Shown: in pieces, positions 1 through 7,593 of the stretch
How positions within the stretch are numbered: position 1 is the first letter of the stretch
Layout of the letters: each line of letters opens with the position of its first letter
NCBI RefSeq assembly: GCF_003432385.1
Contig: NZ_CP031841.1
Coordinates: forward strand, 1,557,579-1,589,578
Source of the DNA: Breoghania sp. L-A4
GTDB lineage: Bacteria > Pseudomonadota > Alphaproteobacteria > Rhizobiales > Stappiaceae
Direction of reading: 5' to 3'
Length of the DNA: 32,000 nt
The notes under the pieces: generated by a model
Told to the model about the DNA's origin: nothing
What the model saw: the letters and a program-made list of their open reading frames with translations, nothing else
Databases searched by the model: none
Made by a program: the position numbers and the translations under genes

Positions 1-866
1 GCGCCCTGGAAGCCGAACTCGACGAAGATTGCGGTCTCGCCCGAACGCAGGCAGGAATTGGCGCTCACCTGGACGTTGGATCCCGAATTGACGCGCACGG
101 CGGTGAACGCGCAGTCGGCCATGCGGTTGTCGGCGATCAGCACGCCGTTGCCGCGATAGACGTTGATGCCGTTGCCGTTCTGGCCCGAACCGCCGCCGGC
201 CGCGCCGATGCGCTCGATACGGTTGCGCATGATGAGCGTGCCATCCTCGCCGTCCTCGCTGCGAAACACCAGAATGCCGCCGTTGGCGCAGTCCGTGATG
301 GTGTTTTGAGCCAGGCTCATGCCGGCGCCATCGAGACTGAAGATGCCGGCTTCGGCCGCGCCCGAGATCGTGCAGCGCTCGATATGGCCCGCGCAGCCGA
401 GCAGCGACAGGCCGGAGGCGCCACTCGCGGTGATCGTGCAATCGTCGATCGCCAGCCTCTCGACATGGGCGAGATACCCGAGGCCGGTGTTGGACCCGGT
501 CACGGGCAGTCCGCCGCCGTCAAGCGTCAGGCCGTCGAGCGCGATGAACGCACCGCCGTCGCAACGAAGCAATTGTCCCGGCGCGCCGCTGTAGGCGATC
601 GTGCTGGCGCCCGGAACGCCGGTGAGCCGTGCGTGCGACGGAAGCCGCAAATTGGCGGCCGCGTAGCGCCCTGGCGGCAGATACAGCGGCACCCGCTCGG
701 ATGCCGCATGGTCGATGGCGCGCTGAAGGGCGGCGCTTTGATCGTCGCTGCTGTCCGCAAGGATGCCGAGATCGGTGGCGGAGATGGCTCCGGCGCCGGT
801 GGCGAACGCGCGGGCAGGGGCTGCGAACATCGCGGCGCCGGCGAACAGAAAGGCGCGGCGGTTCAT
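1..866 (-). CDS. Tat-signal parallel beta-helix repeat protein (TIGR03808-like), 3' end off window
   Basis: Not in the ORF track because it runs off the left edge. My reverse-strand translation from the ATG at 866 reads MNRRAFLFAGAAMFAAPARAFA (twin-Arg signal). It continues with repeated beta-helix-like segments (ITASGASGLSLLGCAGHIERCTISG, NGNGINVYRGNGVLIADNRMADC) and has no stop down to base 1. GC3 is high. Confidence 0.75.
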   Translation of the reverse strand, partial: MNRRAFLFAGAAMFAAPARAFATGAGAISATDLGILADSSDDQSAALQRAIDHAASERVPLYLPPGRYAAANLRLPSHARLTGVPGASTIAYSGAPGQLLRCDGGAFIALDGLTLDGGGLPVTGSNTGLGYLAHVERLAIDDCTITASGASGLSLLGCAGHIERCTISGAAEAGIFSLDGAGMSLAQNTITDCANGGILVFRSEDGEDGTLIMRNRIERIGAAGGGSGQNGNGINVYRGNGVLIADNRMADCAFTAVRVNSGSNVQVSANSCLRSGETAIFVEFGFQG

Positions 867-1023
867 GGTGTCCTCCAGAAACAGGTCTCACCCGCGACAC
901 GGGGTGCAATCGGGATGCCGTTTCCTGTGTAGCGGATTGGCACTGATTTGACACCGCTCAAGGTGGGCGCTGGTCAGATCGGCCATGCTTGGAACATGCA
1001 CCAACGGGAGGTGGGAGGAGCGC

Positions 1024-1293
1024 ATGATTTCGCTGGAGGACTGCATTGCGCTGAGTGGGCTGGATGAGGAGGAAATCCTGGCGCTGGCCGAGCATGAACA
1101 TTTGCCCGAAATGGCCGCGGCCGCCCTGGGCAACTATCTGCTGCACAGGCATCATGGCGCCGATCACATCCGCCGGATGATCGAGGACGATATTCGCGAC
1201 GCCCGCGCGCGCGGTGACTGGGCCCATGCCAAGGTGTTGTTCGCCGCCCTGCGTCATTTCCTGCATGAACATCGCGCGGAGCTGGAAGCCTGA
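1024..1293 (+). CDS. small conserved hypothetical protein
   Basis: ORF 985-1293. The internal ATG at 1024 follows GGGAGGAG. The product MISLEDCIALSGLDEEEILALAEHEHLPE... has high GC3 and no family I recognise. Confidence 0.55.
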   Translation: MISLEDCIALSGLDEEEILALAEHEHLPEMAAAALGNYLLHRHHGADHIRRMIEDDIRDARARGDWAHAKVLFAALRHFLHEHRAELEA

Positions 1294-1297
1294 CGGC

Positions 1298-1909
1298 TCA
1301 GCGGTTTAGATGCGCGCTCACGGTCGCCAGGACCGCGCGTGCGGCGCGGGCCTGGCCTTCCGCGTCGGGCCGCGTGTCGGCAGGATCGCCGGCGCCCGGC
1401 AGCGGCATGTGCATGAAGACCGACGGAATGCCCTGCGCAAGGCTGGTCCATAACGTGGCGTTGCACAGATAGGCGCCCGCGTCGCGTGAAACGCGGGCAC
1501 GCACGCCGCATGCCTCGACAGCGGAGACGAGCCTGCCTGTCGGCAGGGTCGAGGATCGGGCCAGGGGGCCGCCGGGAGCCAGAAGGCTGTGGCCGGGGCG
1601 GCAGCACCCGGCGGCGTCGAGGCCACTGGCCGCGTTGCGGGCCCGGCTCTCGATGCACACCATGGCGCGCCGCGCGGCGACGCCAAAATGCACCACGGCA
1701 TCGGGGCGGTGGGCTCCATAGAGCGCCGGCAGTTCGGCCTCGAGCATTGCCCAGGTGACGGGGAGCAGATGGCAGCGCATCTCGATGCCGGCGCCGGCCA
1801 GGGGATCCCCGGCGGCGAGATTTGCGATCAGCGCCTCGGTGGGGTTCGCCGGCACGCCGGGAAAGGCGCCGAAGCCGGTGACCAGCAGGGTCTTCGGCTG
1901 CGTGCCCAT
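1298..1909 (-). CDS. pcp: pyroglutamyl-peptidase I (peptidase C15)
   Basis: 203 aa. N-terminal LLVTGFGAFPG, Cys-nucleophile context DAGAYLCN and His context VFMHMP are typical of pyrrolidone-carboxylate peptidase. Confidence 0.85.
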   Translation of the reverse strand: MGTQPKTLLVTGFGAFPGVPANPTEALIANLAAGDPLAGAGIEMRCHLLPVTWAMLEAELPALYGAHRPDAVVHFGVAARRAMVCIESRARNAASGLDAAGCCRPGHSLLAPGGPLARSSTLPTGRLVSAVEACGVRARVSRDAGAYLCNATLWTSLAQGIPSVFMHMPLPGAGDPADTRPDAEGQARAARAVLATVSAHLNR

Positions 1910-1910
1910 C

Positions 1911-2903
1911 CTACAATCCCATCAGCTTGGCGATCTGGCCGACGGCGCGCGAGGCGGAGAGCCGGCCGTCGCGCACCGACGCCTCGAGTTCGGGCAGGCG
2001 GGCGCCGACAGCAGGGTTGTTGCGCAGCGCCTGCATCATGCGGTCTTCAAGCATCGACCACATCCAGGCGACCTTCTGGGTGGCGCGGACCTTCTGGAAA
2101 TCGCCGCTTGCCGTCGTCTTCTCGCGATGCATCTCGATCTGCGTCCACATCGTATCCAGCCCCTCGTTGGCGAGACCGGAGATGGTGACGACGGGCGGCG
2201 TCCACACGGCGCTGCGCGGCGCGAGGATGTGCAAGGCGGCGCGGTATTCGGCCGCGGCGGCGCGCGCACGCGTGGCGCCCTCGCCATCGGCCTTGTTGAC
2301 GGCGATCATGTCGGCGATTTCCAGCACGCCCTTCTTGATGCCCTGCAATTCGTCGCCCGCGCCCGGCAGCATGAGAACGAGAAAGAAATCCACCATTTCG
2401 GCGACGGTGATCTCGGACTGGCCGATGCCGACGGTTTCCACCAGCACCACGTCGAAGCCTGCCGCCTCGCACAGAAGCATGGTTTCGCGCGTCTTGGCCG
2501 CCACGCCCCCCAATGTGCCGGAGGAGGGCGAGGGCCGGATGAAGGCGTTGGGGTCGATAGCCAGTTGCGCCATGCGCGTCTTGTCGCCGAGGATCGAGCC
2601 TCCGGTGCGGCTGGAGGAGGGATCGACAGCCAGCACGGCCACCTTGTGGCCTTTCGCGGTCAGATTGGAGCCCAGCGTGTCGATGGTGGTCGACTTGCCG
2701 ACGCCGGGTACGCCGGTGATGCCGATGCGCCGGGCGCCGCCGGTATCGGGCAGCAATTCCTGCAGCAGGGCTTCGGCCATCTCGCGGTGGGCGGGCTTTC
2801 TGGATTCAACCAGTGTGATGGCCCGCGCCAGTTTGGCGCGTGCGCCCGCGCGGATGCCGGCGGCGAGGTCAGCGATGCGGGCGGAATCGGTTGTCTTGAC
2901 CAT
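1911..2903 (-). CDS. meaB: methylmalonyl-CoA mutase-associated GTPase MeaB (ArgK family)
   Basis: P-loop GVPGVGKST, VETVGIGQSE and NKAD motifs; ~330 aa. The ORF opens at a TTG (2921), but the ATG at 2903 (MVKTTDSARIADL...) is the more likely start. Its stop lies 1 nt from the pcp start. Confidence 0.9.
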   Translation of the reverse strand: MVKTTDSARIADLAAGIRAGARAKLARAITLVESRKPAHREMAEALLQELLPDTGGARRIGITGVPGVGKSTTIDTLGSNLTAKGHKVAVLAVDPSSSRTGGSILGDKTRMAQLAIDPNAFIRPSPSSGTLGGVAAKTRETMLLCEAAGFDVVLVETVGIGQSEITVAEMVDFFLVLMLPGAGDELQGIKKGVLEIADMIAVNKADGEGATRARAAAAEYRAALHILAPRSAVWTPPVVTISGLANEGLDTMWTQIEMHREKTTASGDFQKVRATQKVAWMWSMLEDRMMQALRNNPAVGARLPELEASVRDGRLSASRAVGQIAKLMGL

Positions 2904-3104
2904 ACATCCCGCATAGCGCAAAGCGGCCGCCAGGTCACCTTGAGGATGCGTGTTCGAAGCTGAACGGCTGCCACCGGGCCGCTCCCGGCCGCGCGCCGCC
3001 GGACGGACGGATCACAAACGAGGGTGTTGATCTGCGTCATTCCGCCGGATTTCCGAACCTCCTAGACTTCAGCAGGCTTCGGAACGGAGGCCACGGGGGA
3101 CAAT

Positions 3105-3812
3105 ATGAGGAGCAAGGAAATGACGTTTGTTAAACCTCTGATCGGCGCCGCGGTGCTGCTCGTGGCAGCCTCGGGCATGGTGAGCGCGCAAATGAGCGGT
3201 CCCGGCTACGGCCAGGGATATGGGATGGGACAACAGCCGGTGATGCCCGGACAACAGCCGATGATGCCGGGCTACGGCATGGGCCAGGGCTACGGAATGA
3301 TGGGCCAGGGCTACGGCATGATGGGCCCGGGCTACGGCATGATGGGCCCGGGCTACGGCATGATGGGCCCGGGCTACGGCATGATGGGCCCGGGCTACGG
3401 CATGATGGGCCCGGGCTACGGCATGATGGGCCCGGGTTACGGCCAGCGCGGCATGCATCGCTTCGCTGTGGTCGACGCCGATGGGGACGGAATCATCAGC
3501 GCCGATGAGGCGGCCTCCGCCGCCGAGGATGTTTTTACCGCCATGGACGCGGATGATGACGGGGCGCTGACGCTTGAGGAATTCATGGCCGTGCGTATGG
3601 GGCCGCAATACGGCTGGAACCAGGCTCGTCAGGCAAGCCGGCAGGAGGCCAAGCAGGATCGCTTCGGCGCCATGGACGCGGACGACGACGGCAAGGTCAC
3701 CAAGCAGGAGTTCATGGATGCGGCCAAAGCGCGGTTTGAACAGGCCGATGGCGACAGCGATGGCAAGGTGAGTCCTTGGGATTTCCGTCGGCATCATCGT
3801 CGCGGCTGGTAG
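3105..3812 (+). CDS. secreted Met/Gly-rich repeat protein with four EF-hand Ca-binding loops
   Basis: Signal peptide (..AAVLLVAASGMVSAQ). GYGMMG(P/Q) x7, then the loops DADGDGIISADE, DADDDGALTLEE, DADDDGKVTKQE and DGDSDGKVSPWD. An alternative start is at 3120. Confidence 0.85.
   Translation: MRSKEMTFVKPLIGAAVLLVAASGMVSAQMSGPGYGQGYGMGQQPVMPGQQPMMPGYGMGQGYGMMGQGYGMMGPGYGMMGPGYGMMGPGYGMMGPGYGMMGPGYGMMGPGYGQRGMHRFAVVDADGDGIISADEAASAAEDVFTAMDADDDGALTLEEFMAVRMGPQYGWNQARQASRQEAKQDRFGAMDADDDGKVTKQEFMDAAKARFEQADGDSDGKVSPWDFRRHHRRGW
3288..3446 (+). repeat. in-frame 21-bp tandem repeat (7.5 units; six perfect copies at 3309-3434)
   Basis: The unit GGCTACGGCATGATGGGCCCG is repeated head to tail with identical sequence. 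The flanking units are degenerate (3288-3308, 3435-3446). Confidence 0.95.
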
Positions 3813-3859
3813 TTCGCCGGGCCCGCCGGCGGCGGTCACGCACGGCGTCGTGCGCCGCG

Positions 3860-4024
3860 TCAGCCGCCGGCGGCAAATGCGAGGGCCAGCGCGCTCAGCA
3901 GCACGAGGATGGGCGAAAAAGCCTGGACCAGGATTGCGGCGAGCACCAAGGCGAAGATCAGCGCCAGCCGCAGGGCGCTGATCTGTGGCGGGTCGCTCCA
4001 CGTAGGATCGCGTCTCGGGGACAT
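3860..4024 (-). CDS. small hydrophobic membrane protein (54 aa), hypothetical
   Basis: The ATG at 4024 is preceded by GGAGAG. Product MSPRRDPTWSDPPQISALRLALIFALVLAAILVQAFSPILVLLSALALAFAAGG has high GC3. The longer ORF in the track (to 4294) would cross the IS boundary. Confidence 0.45.
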   Translation of the reverse strand: MSPRRDPTWSDPPQISALRLALIFALVLAAILVQAFSPILVLLSALALAFAAGG

Positions 4025-4128
4025 TGCCCACTCTCCACCGGACGGCTCGGATCGACCGTTGCGGCAAGGATAATGCGTCCGGGCTTTGCTGTCCCGGCAA
4101 TATGCCGGCCGGCGACACCTGAGGGCAG

Positions 4129-5085
4129 CTAGATGTGGAGCCTCAAGAGGTTGTCCTCGGTTAGATCGAGTCGACTGATCGGTGTTTTGGATTTTAGGCT
4201 GCCATGTGGCCGGTGCCAATTGTAGCGGTGTAGCCAGATCGGCAGTTCGGCTGCGCGATGGCGTGACGTTGGGTAGGCGATGGCATAGGCCCATTCCCGC
4301 AACGCGGTCTGTATGAAGCGTTCGGCCTTGCCGTTTGTCTTGGGCGTGTAGGGTCGGGTGCGGATGTGCTTGAGGCCGAGATCGCGGCAGGCTTTTGCGA
4401 AGGCTTTCGATTTGTAGCAGGCGCCATTGTCGGTCATGACGCGGGTGACGGTGACGCCCAGGCTCTCGTAATAGGCGAGCGCGGCGCGCAGGAAAGCGAC
4501 CGCACTGTGTTTCTTCTCGTCGGGCAAGATCTGGCTGAAGGCGATGCGCGAGGCATCGTCGATGCAGACATGGACAAACTCCCAGCCGACACCGCGGCTG
4601 TTGGACTGGCCGGTGCGATCGCCGGTGATGCGGTGGCCGACGCGGTCGAACCGACCGAGTTTCTTGATGTCGATGTGGATCAACTCGCCCGGATGCTGGC
4701 GTTCATAGCGGCGCACCGGTTCGGCCGGATCGAGGTCCTTGAGCCGGGAGAGGCCTGCCCGCCGCAGCGCCCGGCTGACGGTGGCCGGTGACACGCCGAC
4801 CTCCCGAGCGATGTGCTTACCTGTCCAGCGCTGACGGCGCAGGGCGATGATGCGTTCACAGAGGAGCGGATCGGTTGCGCTGGGCATCCGGCCTGGCCGA
4901 GAGGAGCGGTCGACCATGCCGGCCGGGCCTTCCGCCCTGTAGCGTTCGGCCCACCGGGCAACGATCTTGGCCGACACGCCATAGACCCGCGCCGCCTGGG
5001 CCCGGGAAAGACGACCTTCAATGACCGCTTGGGCCATCTCCCCTCGACGCAACGGTGTCAGGCGGGCATTCTTGTGGATGTTCAT
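4129..5085 (-). CDS. IS481-family transposase
   Basis: 318 aa. N-terminal HTH (MNIHKNARLTPLRR...) and an rve/DDE core (IHIDIKKLG...DNG..Y...RPYTPKTNGKAERF). GGAGGG lies before the ATG. The TAG stop comes from the flanking CTAG. Confidence 0.95.
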   Translation of the reverse strand: MNIHKNARLTPLRRGEMAQAVIEGRLSRAQAARVYGVSAKIVARWAERYRAEGPAGMVDRSSRPGRMPSATDPLLCERIIALRRQRWTGKHIAREVGVSPATVSRALRRAGLSRLKDLDPAEPVRRYERQHPGELIHIDIKKLGRFDRVGHRITGDRTGQSNSRGVGWEFVHVCIDDASRIAFSQILPDEKKHSAVAFLRAALAYYESLGVTVTRVMTDNGACYKSKAFAKACRDLGLKHIRTRPYTPKTNGKAERFIQTALREWAYAIAYPTSRHRAAELPIWLHRYNWHRPHGSLKSKTPISRLDLTEDNLLRLHI

Positions 5086-5173
5086 TCGGACCCTCCGATG
5101 CGTGCTGAAGCGTGGTAACTCCAGTCTCCTCGGTCAGGTCCGAATGGACAACCTGTTGAAAGCTCACATCTAG
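4129..5173 (-). mobile_element. IS481-family insertion sequence (~1.04 kb) bracketed by CTAG
   Basis: Imperfect ~24-bp terminal inverted repeats: 4133-4156 ATGTGGAGCCTCAAGAGGTTGTCC versus the reverse complement of 5146-5169, ATGTGAGCTTTCAACAGGTTGTCC. CTAG is present at 4129-4132 and 5170-5173. It holds a single DDE transposase ORF. Confidence 0.9.
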
Positions 5174-6036
5174 GCTGTAGTGACAATTTAACGTCACTGG
5201 GGGATTCCCTTTGAGGCGCAAATCAGATTCAAGGCTGACTTTTGGAGGTCGGCTTTGGAAGGCGAAGTTCTACGCGACGATCAATGGGAGCAGATCAGGC
5301 CGTTTGTTCCGGGCGGCCTGAAGGGCAAGCGCGGCCCGCGCAGCGACGGCCGACGCTTCTTCGATGCGATTTTGTGGCTGGCGCGTTCCGGAGCGCGCTG
5401 GCGGGATCTGCCGGAGGATCGCTTCGGCCCCTACCAGACCGCCAAGCGGCGCTACTACCGCTGGATCGAGGCGGGTGTGTTCGACCGTTTGTTCGAGGCG
5501 ATCGCGAGCGATCCGGACATGGAATGGCTGTCGATCGATGCCACCGTCATCCGCGCCCAGGCGCAGGCCGCCGGAGCGCGGCGTAAAAGGGGGGCCTGAA
5601 ACCCAGGCTCTCGGCCGCTCCCGCGGCGGCTTCGGCACCAAGCTGCACGCCGTCGTAGACGCGCTCGGTCTGCCGGTGCGCTTCGAGCTGGGACCGGGTC
5701 AGCAGAACGACATGGCGCCCGCTTGCGAGCTGATCGAGGGCTTGGCGGTGACACAGGTGATCGCCGACCGCGCCTATGATGCCGACCGGCTATACGACCT
5801 CATTCTCGAACAGGGCGGCGAGCCGGTCATCCCGCCGCGCCGGCATCGCAGATACCAGCACGACTACGACAAGATTGCCTACAAGAACCGGTGGGGCATT
5901 GAGGGCTTCTTCGCTAAGCTCAAGCAGTGGCGCCGCATCGCAACCCGCTACGACAAGCTTGCCGCCAACTTCCTAGGCTTCGTCAAACTCGCCAGCATAA
6001 TGCTCTGGCTCAAATGATTAAATTGTCACTACAGCC
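5173..6036 (+). mobile_element. IS5-family (IS427-group-like) insertion sequence, 864 bp
   Basis: Perfect 19-bp terminal inverted repeats GGCTGTAGTGACAATTTAA (5173-5191 and the reverse complement of 6018-6036). TA flanks both sides (5171-5172, 6037-6038). Confidence 0.9.
5255..6017 (+). CDS. IS5-family transposase in two overlapping frames (orfA 5255-5599; orfB frame to 6017)
   Basis: orfA has a TTG start after GGAGG and contains LRDDQWEQIRPFVP...RWRDLP. orfB contains ALGRSRGGFGTKLH...DRAYDAD...RWGIEGFFAKLKQWRRIATRYDK. The frames meet at AAAAGGGGGG (5585-5594), and orfB is +1 relative to orfA. Confidence 0.85.
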
Positions 6037-6038
6037 TA

Positions 6039-6306
6039 GAGCGTTTCCTTGTTAAATGGAATCAATTCTGTTGGTCCAAACCGGTTCGATCCGCGAGGAA
6101 ACGGGCGAACGGCGTAGCCCATGCTACGGCGGAGGCCGTTGACGCGGCGGACGGCCGGTTTCGACCAACCCTTTGGGCGGGATGAATTTTCCCGATTATC
6201 GGCGAGGCCCGTCTCGGCCATATCCGCGATATGCCCTTCGCCAATCCTCTTGATCCTCGACAAAATTCATCTCCGCAGAATGGTTCCATTTAACAAGGAA
6301 ACGCTC
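6039..6306. mobile_element. 268-bp miniature inverted-repeat element (MITE)
   Basis: Perfect 23-bp terminal inverted repeats GAGCGTTTCCTTGTTAAATGGAA (6039-6061 and the reverse complement of 6284-6306). TA flanks both sides (6037-6038, 6307-6308). The 222-bp interior has no credible ORF. Confidence 0.8.
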
Positions 6307-6880
6307 TAGCTCGCCGGCGTCCAGATGATCCGCTGCAGCGCCGCGTCGGCAAGCTGCTCGGGGGCGGCATCTGGTCGAAGGGGCCGGCGTATCCCGGAAT
6401 GGCGAAGACCAGCGTGATGTTGTCCGCGCCGCGCGCGGGGCAGACCGCCATTCCACGCCACAGGTTGGTGCCGACGCGGCAGTCGCCTCGCGCCATGCCT
6501 ACCTGTGCGAAGCTCATGCCGATGCGTTCGCCGTTCGGACCCGTCAGATGCGGCGAAACGCCGTGCACCTGGCCGATCTTGCCATCCTTGCCCTTGATCA
6601 CCTGCAGCATCTGGAAGCCTTCGTAAAAGGCGCCGATGGTCCACAGGGTGTGGTCCTCCACCGCGATCTGGATCGGTTGGGTGGTGAAACCCTCATGCAC
6701 CGCTTCGATGGCCTTGGTCGAATAGGGGGTCTCGGCGGTCAGCGTGCCCGCGGATTGCGCGGTGATGCGCAGCAGGCTCTGATCAGGCATGGCGGAAGAC
6801 GACGAGCCAGTGTCCGACGAGGTGACGCAGCCTGCGGTGAGGAGCGCCATGAACGCGGCGCAAACAAGGTTCATCTGCAT
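6306..6880 (-). CDS. putative lipoprotein, apparent -1 frameshift near the C-terminus
   Basis: Signal plus lipobox MQMNLVCAAFMALLTAGC. The main frame is that of track ORF 6290-6937. After ...FDQMPPP (C5 run, 6360-6364 on +) the high-GC3 frame switches to EQLADAALQRIIWTPAS*, which ends at the CTAG (6306-6309). The unshifted frame instead runs into the MITE repeat (stop at 6290). Confidence 0.6.
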
Positions 6881-7156
6881 GGAGTGTTGTGTCTCGGATG
6901 GCATGAGCGGAGTTTCAAATACCAGTTTGGGCGGCATTGTGAAACCCGTGCCGGGTATCCATCAACCACTGATTTCGGCAAAGCGGGCCGGTTGCCGCCT
7001 CCGTGTGGCCACGGATCCTTCGCCGTTGTGTGTAACGCGGCGCTGCGGTAGCGTTTCGGCGCCTGCCCGTATGCGTTCGGACGGAGAATCTTGAGGCCGC
7101 ACCTGCGCCAGTCGATTTCAGCGTGGTGCGTGTGGGCAGGGAAAAAGGGGGGCAAA

Positions 7157-7534
7157 ATGTCGGGAATTTCCGGCTGGTTTTTCAAAAGCGCCGTTGTCTA
7201 CGCGATCATCGGCATGTCGCTGGGCGTGCATATGGCGTCCTCGCACAATCACGACCAGCATGTCACGCATGCCCATATCAATCTGATCGGCTGGGTGAGC
7301 TTCGCCTTGTTCGGGCTCTACTACGACCGCTTCCGCGAGGCGGCGGAAGGGTGGCTGCCGCGTCTGCATTTCTGGTCCGCGCAGACGGGGTTCGTGATGA
7401 TCATCACCGGCATCGCGCTGATCTATGCCGGCACCACGGAAGCCGAGCCGGTGGCCGCCATCGGCTCGCTGATCCTGCTGGCCTCAACGGTCCTCTTCGC
7501 GGTCATTGTCTTCCGCACGCGCCCGGCGAGTTAG
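7157..7534 (+). CDS. small 4-TM membrane protein with His-rich loop, hypothetical
   Basis: The ATG at 7157 follows AAAAGGGGGG. 125 aa with four hydrophobic segments and the motif SSHNHDQHVTHAHINLIGW. GC3 is high. Confidence 0.7.
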   Translation: MSGISGWFFKSAVVYAIIGMSLGVHMASSHNHDQHVTHAHINLIGWVSFALFGLYYDRFREAAEGWLPRLHFWSAQTGFVMIITGIALIYAGTTEAEPVAAIGSLILLASTVLFAVIVFRTRPAS

Positions 7535-7540
7535 CAATCG

Positions 7541-7567
7541 GCCGCCCCGGACATGATCCGGGGCGGC
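7541..7567. terminator. GC-rich hairpin between convergent genes
   Basis: GCCGCCCCGGA-catga-TCCGGGGCGGC, an 11-bp perfect stem. It lies between the stop at 7534 (+) and the stop at 7594 (-). The T-tract is weak. Confidence 0.55.
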
Positions 7568-7593
7568 ATCTTGCCTGTGAGACTGCGCTGCGC

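Noticed and set aside
306-954. Several 60-208-aa ORFs on both strands in the first kilobase (e.g. 306-932 +, 520-954 -)
   Set aside because: All overlap the long open minus-strand frame that encodes a coherent Tat-signal beta-helix protein. Their products are Arg/Ala/Gly-rich low-complexity sequence typical of off-frame translation in high-GC DNA.
3288-3446. The tandem 21-bp repeat as a possible CRISPR array
   Set aside because: The units are directly abutting with no spacers, are in frame within a coding sequence, and have no cas genes nearby.
3069-4118. 349-aa minus-strand ORF with HHAVARA repeats
   Set aside because: It is the antisense reading of the GYGMMGP repeat in the EF-hand gene. 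It has no start context and no signal or domain features, and the plus-strand gene is far more convincing.
6036-6289. 75-aa ORFs inside the MITE
   Set aside because: They run through the terminal inverted repeats, have no RBS and show poor codon bias. The element is better explained as non-coding.
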